A stretch of 28,988 nt of DNA from the NCBI GenBank assembly GCA_044224875.1, contig JBGAJQ010000064.1, positions 1 to 28,988 on the forward strand, given 5' to 3'. Position 1 is the stretch's first letter. Each line of letters opens with the position of its first letter. The notes beneath the pieces are model-generated. The model had not been told where the DNA came from. It saw only the letters and a list, made by a program, of their open reading frames with translations, and searched no databases. Positions 1 to 8,784 of this stretch are shown here, in pieces. The DNA is from Gemmatimonadaceae bacterium. Its GTDB lineage: Bacteria; Gemmatimonadota; Gemmatimonadetes; Gemmatimonadales; Gemmatimonadaceae. The position numbers and the translations under genes were made by a program.

Positions 1-956
1 TTGAGCACCGATCGCAGTTCGCGCTCCAACTCAGCCGTCGTTAGGCCGAGCCGCAGCTTGCCGATGGCCATGCTCGTGCCGCCAGGCTCCTCGATTTCCG
101 GAAGCCAGAGCTGCGCGCTACCCGCGGAGACAAACGGAACCCGGAAGTCCGCCGGAAGCACTCCAACAATCGTGACCGACTTACCGTCAATCTGGATGCT
201 CTGACCAAGGGCGCTGCTCGAACCACCAAAGCGCCGTCGCCATAGTCCGTACCCAAGTATCGCGACCGGTGGCCCGCCGACTTTCGTCTCCTCCGACGAG
301 AAGCTCCGCCCCAGCATGACCTGTGCACCGAGCAAATGCGGCGCGTTCGCCGAGAAGGACCCGGCCTGCAAGCTCTCCACGTCGCCAGATCGCGAGTCCG
401 TCAACGTCACCTCTTGTCCGCCGACGGTGGCAATTTCCTCCAAGGCGGGAACACCGGCGCGCCAATGCCTAACCAGCTCCGTGGTTGGTTCCACGAAGGC
501 CGTGCCACTCCGATCGGCCCGCATGAGGCTGTAGATGCGATCACCATCGGGCCCCTTCACCGGGTGCAGCAGCAACCGATCCACCGCACTGAACATGGCC
601 GTCGTTGCGCCGATGCCGACCCCCAGCATCAACACGATGAGTGCCGTGGTGCCAGGGCTGCGCGAGAAGTGTCGAACGGCGTGTGAGAGATCGTGTCGCA
701 GGTCCGCGATCCAGCTGCTCCGCCTGCGTGCGCGTTCGACTCGCGCGTCCGTGCGGCGACAATAGTCGCTTGCCTCGGAGACATTCCCAAATCGGCGAAT
801 GGCTTCCCGCCGCGCGTCTTCCTCATCCATTCCAGTGGCCCGCAGCTCGGCCACGCGCATTTCCAGGTGGAACGCGAACTCGGCGTCCACTTCGTCCGCG
901 ATCTGCGATGCGTTCCGCCACGGCAGTCGCACGAGGCGTCGGAGCTTTGGTAGCAT
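1..956 (-). CDS. ABC-type permease, ADOP/MacB-FtsX family (5' part; runs off the window start)
   Basis: Not in the ORF track because its stop lies outside the window. Read manually from ATG 956: MLPKLRRLVRLPWRNASQIADEVDAEFAFHLEMRVAELRATGMDEEDARREAIRRFGNV...DLRHDLSHAVRHFSRSPGTTALIVLMLGVGIGATTAMFSAVDRLLLHP. This is the permease-prefix domain plus the MacB-type first TM segment. The ATG overlaps the PadR stop (TGATG). Confidence 0.92.
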   Translation of the reverse strand, partial: MLPKLRRLVRLPWRNASQIADEVDAEFAFHLEMRVAELRATGMDEEDARREAIRRFGNVSEASDYCRRTDARVERARRRSSWIADLRHDLSHAVRHFSRSPGTTALIVLMLGVGIGATTAMFSAVDRLLLHPVKGPDGDRIYSLMRADRSGTAFVEPTTELVRHWRAGVPALEEIATVGGQEVTLTDSRSGDVESLQAGSFSANAPHLLGAQVMLGRSFSSEETKVGGPPVAILGYGLWRRRFGGSSSALGQSIQIDGKSVTIVGVLPADFRVPFVSAGSAQLWLPEIEEPGGTSMAIGKLRLGLTTAELERELRSVL

Positions 957-1288
957 CAGGCCGTCTCCAGCGCGGCGAAGATCGCCTTGGCATAGGTGCG
1001 CCAATTCTCGGCTTCGTCACGAAGCTGGCGCCGGCCGCGTGTTGTGAGGCGATAGAATTTCGCCTTGCGGTTGTTTTCGGAGACGCCCCATTCGGAGTCA
1101 ATGGAGCCCGACGCTTCCAGCCGATGCAGGGCCTTGTACAAGGCCGCGTCCTCGATCTCCAGCACGTCTCGAGTGCTCGATTCGATCCATCGCGAGATGC
1201 CGAACCCGTGGGTGGGGCCCCAGGAGAGCGCTTTCAGCACGAGCATGTCGAGCGTGCCGTGCAAGAGGTCACTTGGTTCACGCGCCAT
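956..1288 (-). CDS. PadR-family transcriptional regulator (Acidobacteria/Gemmatimonadota type)
   Basis: LLHGTLDMLVLKAL..GPTHGFGI..WIE...ALYKALHRLE..G.I.SEWGVSENNRKAKFYRLT; coupled to the permease. Confidence 0.95.
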   Translation of the reverse strand: MAREPSDLLHGTLDMLVLKALSWGPTHGFGISRWIESSTRDVLEIEDAALYKALHRLEASGSIDSEWGVSENNRKAKFYRLTTRGRRQLRDEAENWRTYAKAIFAALETA

Positions 1289-1300
1289 CGCCGCCTTCCC

Positions 1301-1345
1301 CTAACTAGGTTAGTAGAGTATTCGTTTTGTCGCAGCCGGTGTCAA
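1301..1345 (-). promoter_or_regulatory. Sigma70-type promoter with overlapping palindromic operator (probable PadR site)
   Basis: Minus strand TTGACA (1345-1340), 17 nt, AATACT (1322-1317). Perfect inverted repeat CTAAC-TAG-GTTAG at 1301-1313, between the -10 and the start codon. Confidence 0.7.
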
Positions 1346-1628
1346 GGACTCGGTGATCGTCGTTGTTGTCGCGAAAGATCCTCGTCCAGCGACGCGACGA
1401 CCTCCAGCGCGCCAGCATAGTCATCACGAACTCGTGGCGTCGGACACGCGTAAGCAAGAATGCCAGCACAACGGCGCTGGCGCTTCGGTGACGCACCAAG
1501 CCATGGCGCGGGCGCCGGTTCACCGAATACAGCGACCCGCACTCCTCCATGAAAATCGGGAGCGCGTCGGCGGCGCCGCGTGGCAAGTACCCTTGAACGC
1601 CGGAGAACTCGCGACCTCGAAGGCCATG

Positions 1629-1823
1629 TCAGGCAGGCAGAAGCTCATCCAAGGTGAGTCGTGGCCTCACCGAAAGGTCAGCTGCATGCTGGTACTTCGT
1701 CACGATTGACAGCGCGTCGTTGACGTCCGTCAGGTTCAAGTTACGTAGCAAATAGCGCACGTCGTCGACGTCGTGGAAGTCCTCGCCGAGTCGCATGGCA
1801 AGCCCGTCGCGCACGATGACCAT
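1629..1823 (-). pseudogene. C-terminal remnant of a DUF6036-like nucleotidyltransferase
   Basis: LAMRLGEDFHDVDDVRYLLRNLNL....ALSIVTKY.......RLTLDELL resembles, from recall, the C-terminus of this family. The N-terminal GG/DxD catalytic half is absent, and the S8 gene ends 11 nt upstream of the ORF. Confidence 0.6.
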
Positions 1824-1834
1824 AGATGGTTCGC

Positions 1835-3034
1835 CTATCGCGGCACTTGGACGATGCCCCTCCCAACTCTGCGCGCGCTAAAGCCATTGCGAGCTCCACA
1901 TCCGTCGACCATCCGCCGCCACAGCTCCGCGGCCGTGTCATCCGGATACACTTCGCGATACAGCGCAGCGACGCCGGACGTAAGCGCACAGGAAACACTG
2001 GTTCCATCGAAGAGGGCGCAACCAGATGACGCACTCGACATGAGGGCGGAGCCGGGCACGAGGACACCGGGTGCGCAGAGGTCGATCGCTCCAATCCCAT
2101 CCAGGGTCGCTGGCCCAAATGATGCCACTCGGTACAGTTCGTCGACTGCGGCGACCGCCATGATCGAAGGACACGCCGCCGGATTCTCCACCGCTGTGCC
2201 TGCGCCAGCGTCTCCGGCAGCTGCGACAACGACCACGCCCGATCGGTTTAGCTTGTTCACCGCATTCTCGTATCGCTCCGCGAACGGCGCGTTGACCGGT
2301 CGTGACGATCCGAGACTCAGGTTGATCACCTTGGCGTGCCGTTCGACCGCCCAGGCGATGCCGGCGAGAATCGTATCGTCGTCGCCCTCACCCGTGTCAT
2401 CGAGCGCCTTCGCCACCAGCAGTTTGGCCGAAGGGCTCACGGAGTAACGGATTCCTGCGCGCGGATTGGCAACAGCCGCGATCAGGCCACAGCACATTGT
2501 CCCGTGTCCCCAGCGATCGGTCACATCGTTCGGAGCTGCGGGGTTGATGAAGTTCTTCCGATCAATCACGCTACTCGACAAAATATCGACGTGGCCCTGT
2601 TCAAGGCCGGTATCAATGACGGCGACGCGTACCTCACTTCCCGTCCCCGCATAGCCGTACCGGAGACCGAGCTTGAGCAAACTCCACGCGTGTGTCCCCG
2701 AGAGCCGCCATGAGGTATCTGTCGACTTCAGCCAGCCGGTTCGAATCGGCCGCATCTCGACGCGACCTGCATAACGACGCTCGTTTGGCTGGATGTCGCG
2801 GACGGCCCGAGACGCCCGAAGCGCCGACACCTGGGCGTCGGCCAGCGTCGCCGCCGCCGTACCCAGGGCGGGGTAGACGCGGGCACGGGCGTCACCCAGT
2901 ATGGGTACACAACCATCGCTTCCTTCGGACACCTCCCCACCCAACACCTGGTGCATCACGCGTACGGCGTCATCCCCTGAGGTGGTGAGCGAGATGATGT
3001 GGCTGGCCGCGTTGCCCTTCTCGTAAACGTCCAT
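1835..3034 (-). CDS. S8 (subtilisin-like) serine peptidase with N-terminal prodomain, no signal peptide
   Basis: VAVIDTG (Asp), HGTMCCG (His), GTSVSCALTSGVAAL (Ser), VINLSLG, IDLCAPG. Start moved to ATG 3034, 5 nt after the upstream stop. Confidence 0.92.
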   Translation of the reverse strand: MDVYEKGNAASHIISLTTSGDDAVRVMHQVLGGEVSEGSDGCVPILGDARARVYPALGTAAATLADAQVSALRASRAVRDIQPNERRYAGRVEMRPIRTGWLKSTDTSWRLSGTHAWSLLKLGLRYGYAGTGSEVRVAVIDTGLEQGHVDILSSSVIDRKNFINPAAPNDVTDRWGHGTMCCGLIAAVANPRAGIRYSVSPSAKLLVAKALDDTGEGDDDTILAGIAWAVERHAKVINLSLGSSRPVNAPFAERYENAVNKLNRSGVVVVAAAGDAGAGTAVENPAACPSIMAVAAVDELYRVASFGPATLDGIGAIDLCAPGVLVPGSALMSSASSGCALFDGTSVSCALTSGVAALYREVYPDDTAAELWRRMVDGCGARNGFSARRVGRGIVQVPR

Positions 3035-3039
3035 CGTCG

Positions 3040-3888
3040 CTACGCGATGCGTGCCGACGCGCACCGGCTCGGCCACAAAGCCACCGGCTGGCCTGACCCG
3101 CCCGGTGCCGGTTGCGGAATCACCGCACCTGTAACCTCTGGACACATGTCGTACAGCATGTGCATGTGGTCGGCATCAAACTTCACGTTAGGTGTTATGA
3201 TGTCTTCGACCGACTCGACGCGGAACTGCTCCGGACAGTGCACGATGCCCATTCCGACCGTATGCGACTCGATCGAGCCCTCGATGGGAAGCAGTGGTGG
3301 CAGCATGCGGTGATCGGCGCGCGCCATGGACAGGATTGGCGCACCAGGAAATCCCCGACCCGGCAGCTCGCACGTCCACGTGAGCGTGCCCGCCAAGGCG
3401 ACCTTCTTACCGTCCACGATGAAGTCGCCCGTGTTCACCACATCGAAGACACCGCCTCTCAGGGTGACTCGGCAGTTCAGCCATGGCACCGGAGTCTCGG
3501 CACGCGCGAGTTCCAGCGGAAGCTTGACCGATCCATTGCTGTCCCGAAGGTCGAACACCTCCCCCGGGATGTATGGCATGTCCGTGGTCCGGCTCAACGC
3601 CGACAGGTTCAAATCGAAACCATTCAGGATCATCGGCGAGAGTCCCCGTGCCTCTTCGAAGACAAGAATGGCGTCGTGCGGCTCATCGGAAACCGTATGG
3701 TGGTGAGAGTGGGAGGTTGCCGCGGGAGGAGCACTCTTTGTCTTCCCGGGCGGTACCGCTTCTGCGCCGTGGTCATGCGATTCGCCCCGTGCCTTCATGG
3801 CCGGGAATAGCAGATGCACGACCTTCAGGTCTTCGTCTGGTACAACCAGGTACAACCCACCGAACGTGATCTTGAGCTTGTACTTCAC
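3040..3888 (-). CDS. Hypothetical protein (282 aa), beta-rich with His-rich insert
   Basis: Strong RBS AAGGAGG before GTG 3888; fills the gap between the CHAT and S8 genes exactly; begins KYKLKITFGGLYLVVP. Confidence 0.8.
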   Translation of the reverse strand: MKYKLKITFGGLYLVVPDEDLKVVHLLFPAMKARGESHDHGAEAVPPGKTKSAPPAATSHSHHHTVSDEPHDAILVFEEARGLSPMILNGFDLNLSALSRTTDMPYIPGEVFDLRDSNGSVKLPLELARAETPVPWLNCRVTLRGGVFDVVNTGDFIVDGKKVALAGTLTWTCELPGRGFPGAPILSMARADHRMLPPLLPIEGSIESHTVGMGIVHCPEQFRVESVEDIITPNVKFDADHMHMLYDMCPEVTGAVIPQPAPGGSGQPVALWPSRCASARIA

Positions 3889-3898
3889 GGTGACCTCC

Positions 3899-6800
3899 TT
3901 AGTGACCAGAGTATGAGAAGGCTGCCCATGTTCCGGGCGAGATTGCACCCTCGCGGGCCCTCAGGAACGACAACTGTGTGAGTCGAAGGGCAGATGTCGC
4001 CGGAACTCCCGAGGCATAGTGACGGTGGAATTCCGTCACGAACCTCGCGGCCTCGCGATCATCAACATCCCATAGACTTCCTATCACGCCTCGGACGCCT
4101 GCCTGTTGAAAGGCGTCGGCGAAGCCCAGCAACCCTTCCCCAATACCACGTCCGGATACGCTCGAGCGACACGAGGCCAACACGACCAGCCCCACCGCAC
4201 CCAACCTCAGTGAGCGGATCGACTTCGCCGACAGGTCTCTTTGACGGACAGGGTCGGCGTCTTTCGCAAGGACCAGCAACGAGGCATCGGGCTCCAGTTC
4301 ATTGAACAGGGCGTGCATCCCGAAGTGCGCGACGTCTGCGCCCCTCAGCGCGTTCACCACACGGTCCGCCGTTGCCTCGGGACCGGCGAGTCGAACGACC
4401 TTGTGGTAGAGAGTCGCGATGGTGTCCGCCTCCGCCCGCGTCTCCGGCAACGGACGCAACTCCGGAAACGTCTCGCGATCGAACGCTGGATCGGAAATGA
4501 CGACGGCGTGCTCCGGCGATGTTGGCATCGGGCGTGGACTGCGAAGCGCCCCCGCGACCGTGTTGAACACACTGAGTGATGAACGTTCGACTACAAACCT
4601 GCCTGACGAGGCCTCGATCAGCGCCGCATAAGGCAGATTCCCCAGCACACCACTAGCGACTAGGCGCAACTCCAACGACTCGGTGTCAACGCTCGCCATC
4701 GCGTCGCCTAGCAACCAGGAATACAGACGCTCGAGGTCCGCTCGCACGACTGGTAACGCGGCACGTCGCTCGAGCTGATATCGAACCCGGTCGACGGTCC
4801 GCGACAGCGTGTCTGCCGAAATGGGCCGCACCCAAAGGTCGGTTCTGTCCTTACGCTGCCTGAACACCAGGAGCGAGTCGCCGATCTGGTGCAGCACGAC
4901 CACCTGTGTCCCAGGCGGAGCTGAGAGTCGCGGGATGGCCGCTATCGACATGCTACTCGAATTTCCGGCGAGACGACGTTCGACCTCGACGAGTGCATCC
5001 GCGAATCGGTGCTCACGCACCGCCAGCAGTGCCAGGGCGTCGTGTACGCGTCCCGCTGCCGTCCAGTAGTCCACCGCACTCTGTCGATCCAACATTCGAT
5101 GTTGCACCTGACTGGCGATGGTGGCGGCCCGTTGCAGGTCCCGCTCGGCGCGCTGCGTATCGTCGATTCGGGTGTACGCTGCGGAGCGCGCCGCCAGCAC
5201 CTTCAGGAGCGGAGCCGGTACCTCGGTCGTCCGAAGCAGGCGTTCAGCACTGTCGAGCAGAGTGATCGAGCGGCGGGAGTCGGACTGCTCGGCGGCCTGC
5301 AGCCACAACACACTCACCTCCTCCCAATCCCGCCCTTCGCCAGCAGGGACCAAGGTGAGCAGTGAGTCCGCCACCCGGAGATCGTGCGCTACCTTCGCAC
5401 GGTCACCCATCGTCACGTACGACTGCGCCCGGGCTGCCAGCGCCTGCACCATCGGCAGCGGGTCCCGCATCCCCTCTGCGGATGAAACGACTTCGGATCG
5501 CACCCGCGCCGCGGTTCGCGGAAAGCGTGATGCGATCGCATCCGCGAGGACGCGAAGCGCGCTTTGCCGCCAGTGAGAGTGCGGTACCGTCATCAAACTC
5601 GACGTGGCGCCAGCCAGTGCGTCATACATGCGCCGCTCATTCCCCGCCTCCACATAGGCTGAGGCTTCGATGTGCCGGACCGCGCCATAGTTCTCCGACT
5701 CGCCCAACCTGGCGAAGATCGCCTGGGCTTGACGCGCGAGCATCGCCGCTCGCGGCGGATCTCCTTCTCGCAACGCGGTCGTCGCCAAAGCCCAACGATA
5801 CCTGGCCTCCAACGCCGGAAAGCGAGTGGCGTCGATCGCCGCCAGACTCCGCACGAGGGCAGGCCTAACGACCCGCGCCGGTTGCCGGTGCAGCGCGGTC
5901 AGGGAGAGATAGAACGCGATCCACGCGGACAGCGGTGATGGCGACGGTGCGAGCGTGTGGGCTTCTGCCAGCCGACGGGCGGCGACTTCGTAGGCCGACG
6001 CTCCATACGCACGCACGCCCTCGCCATACGCTTCAAAGGCCCCGGCGAGCCGGAGGACGCCGTCCCCATCCTGCGCGCGCGTGATGAGTTCCACGGCGAC
6101 GGCAACGGACTGGTCGCCGCCCTGTAAGCTCAAACCCATTTGCCGAGCGCGTTCGAGGACTAGCCGCGCCGAAGAGGTGTCTCCGTGACGCATCGCGGCT
6201 CCCCAATCGGGTAAAAGGGAGTCGAACGCGACCGTACGTTGTGTCTGCGCGTCGCTAGCAGTCGCGCCCTCCAGCACCTCCGCGTGAACACCGAGCACGC
6301 GCCCGAGGTCCAGCTCGTGCTCCTGCGCAACCTGAGCCCACCGACTGGTCCGATCACGCCGCAGGTATGCGCGCCAGCTCTCGGTTGCCATGGCGGTCAG
6401 GCCAAGAGCTTCCTGCCCGAGGGCGAGGTTGAACATTGCCACCGCGTTGGAGCTATCGTCTTGAAGCGCGAGGTCTGCAGCCTCAATCGCCGACGCGACA
6501 CTCATCGCGTCGCCGCGAACCAATCCTCGCGTGAGTTCCGCCCCTGAGAGGTCGGCGCCGATCTCTGCGCACGAAGGCGCCACGAGGCACGCCGCGCGCA
6601 GCTCGCGACTGGCGGCGGCCAACGCCTCCGCCGAGTCACCCGCGTAGAGGAGGTCCACGAGCCCTGCCGCATGCAGGGCGTCAGCGCTTCCGGTGCTTTG
6701 AGCGTCCGCCGACGCGCGCACACCCAGGTTGACGACCATCGGGTTGTAGCTGGTGCGCTCCATCTGACATGCACGCCACTCCGCCGCGAAGCGTGCCCGG

Positions 6801-6988
6801 CACTCGCGGTACTTTGATGTGACCGACGTGCGCACTGGCAAAGCCGGCAGCCGCATCTGTTCGGCAACAAGGGCCGAAACTAGCGGCCCGGTTGGCGGCT
6901 TCGTTCCCTGATTGGGACCGTGGCACCCGTGGAGCAAGCACGCCAGGCACGCAACCGTTGTCAGCGCTCGGCTAGCGGACGAGGGCAT
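3899..6988 (-). CDS. TPR + CHAT (caspase HetF-associated, clan CD) protease, probable lipoprotein
   Basis: 1029 aa: helical TPR-like repeats, then a CHAT domain with LGNLPYAAL, LPETRAEA, AHFGMHA (His 4313-4315), VVLASC (Cys 4169-4171), VIGSLWDVDD, WAAF. N-terminal hydrophobic stretch ending LLHG-C. Confidence 0.92.
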   Translation of the reverse strand: MPSSASRALTTVACLACLLHGCHGPNQGTKPPTGPLVSALVAEQMRLPALPVRTSVTSKYRECRARFAAEWRACQMERTSYNPMVVNLGVRASADAQSTGSADALHAAGLVDLLYAGDSAEALAAASRELRAACLVAPSCAEIGADLSGAELTRGLVRGDAMSVASAIEAADLALQDDSSNAVAMFNLALGQEALGLTAMATESWRAYLRRDRTSRWAQVAQEHELDLGRVLGVHAEVLEGATASDAQTQRTVAFDSLLPDWGAAMRHGDTSSARLVLERARQMGLSLQGGDQSVAVAVELITRAQDGDGVLRLAGAFEAYGEGVRAYGASAYEVAARRLAEAHTLAPSPSPLSAWIAFYLSLTALHRQPARVVRPALVRSLAAIDATRFPALEARYRWALATTALREGDPPRAAMLARQAQAIFARLGESENYGAVRHIEASAYVEAGNERRMYDALAGATSSLMTVPHSHWRQSALRVLADAIASRFPRTAARVRSEVVSSAEGMRDPLPMVQALAARAQSYVTMGDRAKVAHDLRVADSLLTLVPAGEGRDWEEVSVLWLQAAEQSDSRRSITLLDSAERLLRTTEVPAPLLKVLAARSAAYTRIDDTQRAERDLQRAATIASQVQHRMLDRQSAVDYWTAAGRVHDALALLAVREHRFADALVEVERRLAGNSSSMSIAAIPRLSAPPGTQVVVLHQIGDSLLVFRQRKDRTDLWVRPISADTLSRTVDRVRYQLERRAALPVVRADLERLYSWLLGDAMASVDTESLELRLVASGVLGNLPYAALIEASSGRFVVERSSLSVFNTVAGALRSPRPMPTSPEHAVVISDPAFDRETFPELRPLPETRAEADTIATLYHKVVRLAGPEATADRVVNALRGADVAHFGMHALFNELEPDASLLVLAKDADPVRQRDLSAKSIRSLRLGAVGLVVLASCRSSVSGRGIGEGLLGFADAFQQAGVRGVIGSLWDVDDREAARFVTEFHRHYASGVPATSALRLTQLSFLRAREGAISPGTWAAFSYSGH

Positions 6989-7859
6989 TCAGGAGCGTTT
7001 CTAGTGCCGAGGAGGAACGCGCCTGAGAAGCGTTGTCAGCGAGCGCACGAAGGAGCGCGCCGGCGGAGTCGGTCACGCCGGGACTCGCGCGCAGGTTGGC
7101 AGCGGCACGTCGCACGTTCTGCGGAACCCCCCCCCCACCCGATGCCTCGCCGCCTGTCCCGATGCTGGCCAGACGCACCGCCTCGCTCCATGTAGCGACC
7201 GCAAAGGCATCCGCGTCCACAAGCCCCGGTATCTGTCGGCGAACGTCTCGCACCATCTCGAGGCTCGCCGGCGACCCTGGACCGTTCCGTTCCAGCTGCA
7301 ACAGCCCGCTCCGGATGGCACCGCTCCCCGGTACCACCCCCAACAGCGACGCCAAACGGGCCGCCACGGACGTCGCGACGGTATCGCCGGCGATCAAGGC
7401 CGCCTCCAAGTCAACCGTGAGCACGGCTGCGCGAGCTGCCAGTGCGATCCCCGTCGCCGACTCGGACTGTCCGCGTGACTCTGACCAGCGCGGCGAGGAC
7501 AACGCCTCCGCATGATCGCGACCTCGCATCTCCGCCAGCAGAACGGAAACCTCGTCCCGAGACCCACTCCTCCAATGCAGGGTGAGACCGCCGATCGCAA
7601 CGATGACCGCAGCAGCCGCTGCCCACCGGTACCATCGCCATCGAGCATCGGAGTGAACACGCGGTGCCGTTGCCTGAGCTTCTCCCTCCACTGAGGAAAT
7701 CGCCGCAATCGCGTCAGCGTAAACCTCGGACCACTGGTCGGAACGCGAGAGTTCGCCTAGCAGGATGTCTCGCTCCGCCGCCGGCAGCCGGCCATCGAAC
7801 AGCGATGCGAGTCGTTCCGGGCTCAATGGGTCACGCGCCCTGTCCTCACGCGGGCTCAT
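6972..7859 (-). CDS. Putative membrane anti-sigma factor (degenerate zf-HC2-like N-terminus, one TM helix, extracytoplasmic domain)
   Basis: PERLASLFDGRLPAAER matches the zf-HC2 lead-in; TM WAAAAAVIVAIGGLTLHW; ATGA overlap with the sigma factor stop. Confidence 0.75.
   Translation of the reverse strand: MSPREDRARDPLSPERLASLFDGRLPAAERDILLGELSRSDQWSEVYADAIAAISSVEGEAQATAPRVHSDARWRWYRWAAAAAVIVAIGGLTLHWRSGSRDEVSVLLAEMRGRDHAEALSSPRWSESRGQSESATGIALAARAAVLTVDLEAALIAGDTVATSVAARLASLLGVVPGSGAIRSGLLQLERNGPGSPASLEMVRDVRRQIPGLVDADAFAVATWSEAVRLASIGTGGEASGGGGVPQNVRRAAANLRASPGVTDSAGALLRALADNASQARSSSALETLLNALVR
7127..7136. repeat. C10 homopolymer (G10 on the coding strand)
   Basis: Ten consecutive C inside the anti-sigma gene, within the SGGGGVP codons. 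Confidence 0.9.
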
Positions 7860-8635
7860 GGTATCGCCTCCTGCAAGAGTGCTTTCACGCGTTCGCTTGT
7901 TAGGCCAGCGTCCTCGAGCAAAGACCGCAGCCGACGCTTCACGCGCTCCAGATGACGGTACAACGGCTTCTGCGGGACATTGAGCCCACGTGCCACCTCC
8001 GCGACGCTGAGACCCTCGAGGTACGCCAACCGGATCACCGCCCCGTCGTTAGGCGGCAGTTGCGCGATCGCACCTTGAATCAACTCCCCGACCCGCTCCG
8101 TCTCGTCGTCCCGCTCGGCGCGTGCGACCTCCGCATCGGGACCGGGTGCTTCCACCGAGCCGTCCATGTGTTCCGCAGGAACCCGACGCGGCCTGAGCGG
8201 CCCACGCGGGGGCAGGCGTCGATACAACGCTCGCAGCTGACGGTCGCTGTCCGCGGTTGGAGTGCCGCTCCGCATGATCTCGATCGCTTGGTCAAGTGAG
8301 TGCCCATCTCGGTAGACCAGCGTCTCCAACCGTGTCGCCGACTCTCCAAGGCGTTTTGCCACAGCCGACGGTCGCCACTTCCCCCACTGCTGGATCCGAA
8401 AGTCGCGAACCAAATGAACGACGACCATGGTGAGGTAGGTGCGAACCTGGCTCTCACCCCGAAACTCGCGCAGCCGAGCGTAGTCGTTCTCCACGAGTTT
8501 CACATGAACCCACGACATACAATCGTCTGCTTCGTCTCGTCCGAATCCTTGGCGGCGGCAGGTCGCGCGAACGATCTCTTGCAGATAATCGAGATGCAGA
8601 ACGAGAACGTTTTCGGGATCCTGCTCGGTGGCCAT
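7856..8635 (-). CDS. Sigma-70 family (ECF-like) RNA polymerase sigma factor with an insertion between regions 2 and 4
   Basis: Region 2: DEADD..SWVHVKLVENDYARLREFRGESQVRTYLTMVV. Region 4: AQLPPNDGAVIRLAYLEGLSVAEVARGL. Start moved to ATG 8635 (MATEQDPE). Confidence 0.9.
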   Translation of the reverse strand: MATEQDPENVLVLHLDYLQEIVRATCRRQGFGRDEADDCMSWVHVKLVENDYARLREFRGESQVRTYLTMVVVHLVRDFRIQQWGKWRPSAVAKRLGESATRLETLVYRDGHSLDQAIEIMRSGTPTADSDRQLRALYRRLPPRGPLRPRRVPAEHMDGSVEAPGPDAEVARAERDDETERVGELIQGAIAQLPPNDGAVIRLAYLEGLSVAEVARGLNVPQKPLYRHLERVKRRLRSLLEDAGLTSERVKALLQEAIP

Positions 8636-8760
8636 AGCGTGAGGTCGAACTGCCGATGCCGGGTTTCGCGGAAACGTCTCGAGCGCGAAGAAAGTGGCAT
8701 CCGACCTCAGCAAAAGCCAGAACCCAGCCCGGCAGATCACGTTGTGCGGGCTCCGAGGCC

Positions 8761-8784
8761 CCCTTCGACGCGTGGCTCGAAGGG
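8761..8784. promoter_or_regulatory. 8-bp inverted repeat in the divergent sigma/mmsA intergenic region
   Basis: CCCTTCGA-N8-TCGAAGGG; function unknown. Confidence 0.35.

Noticed and set aside
1305..1628. Short ORFs (93 aa, 66 aa, 118 aa) between padR and the remnant
   Set aside because: No recognisable motifs; the two minus-strand ORFs run over the padR promoter; probably non-coding or decayed.
3040..3888. Bacterial gasdermin (right size, flanked by CHAT and S8 proteases)
   Set aside because: No N-terminal Cys or GY..v..P gasdermin pattern that I can recognise; left as unknown pending structure prediction.
6972..7140. Frameshift at G10 fusing the anti-sigma to CHAT
   Set aside because: The CHAT frame has stops at 7073-7075 and immediately before its ATG (6989-6991), so no fusion results.
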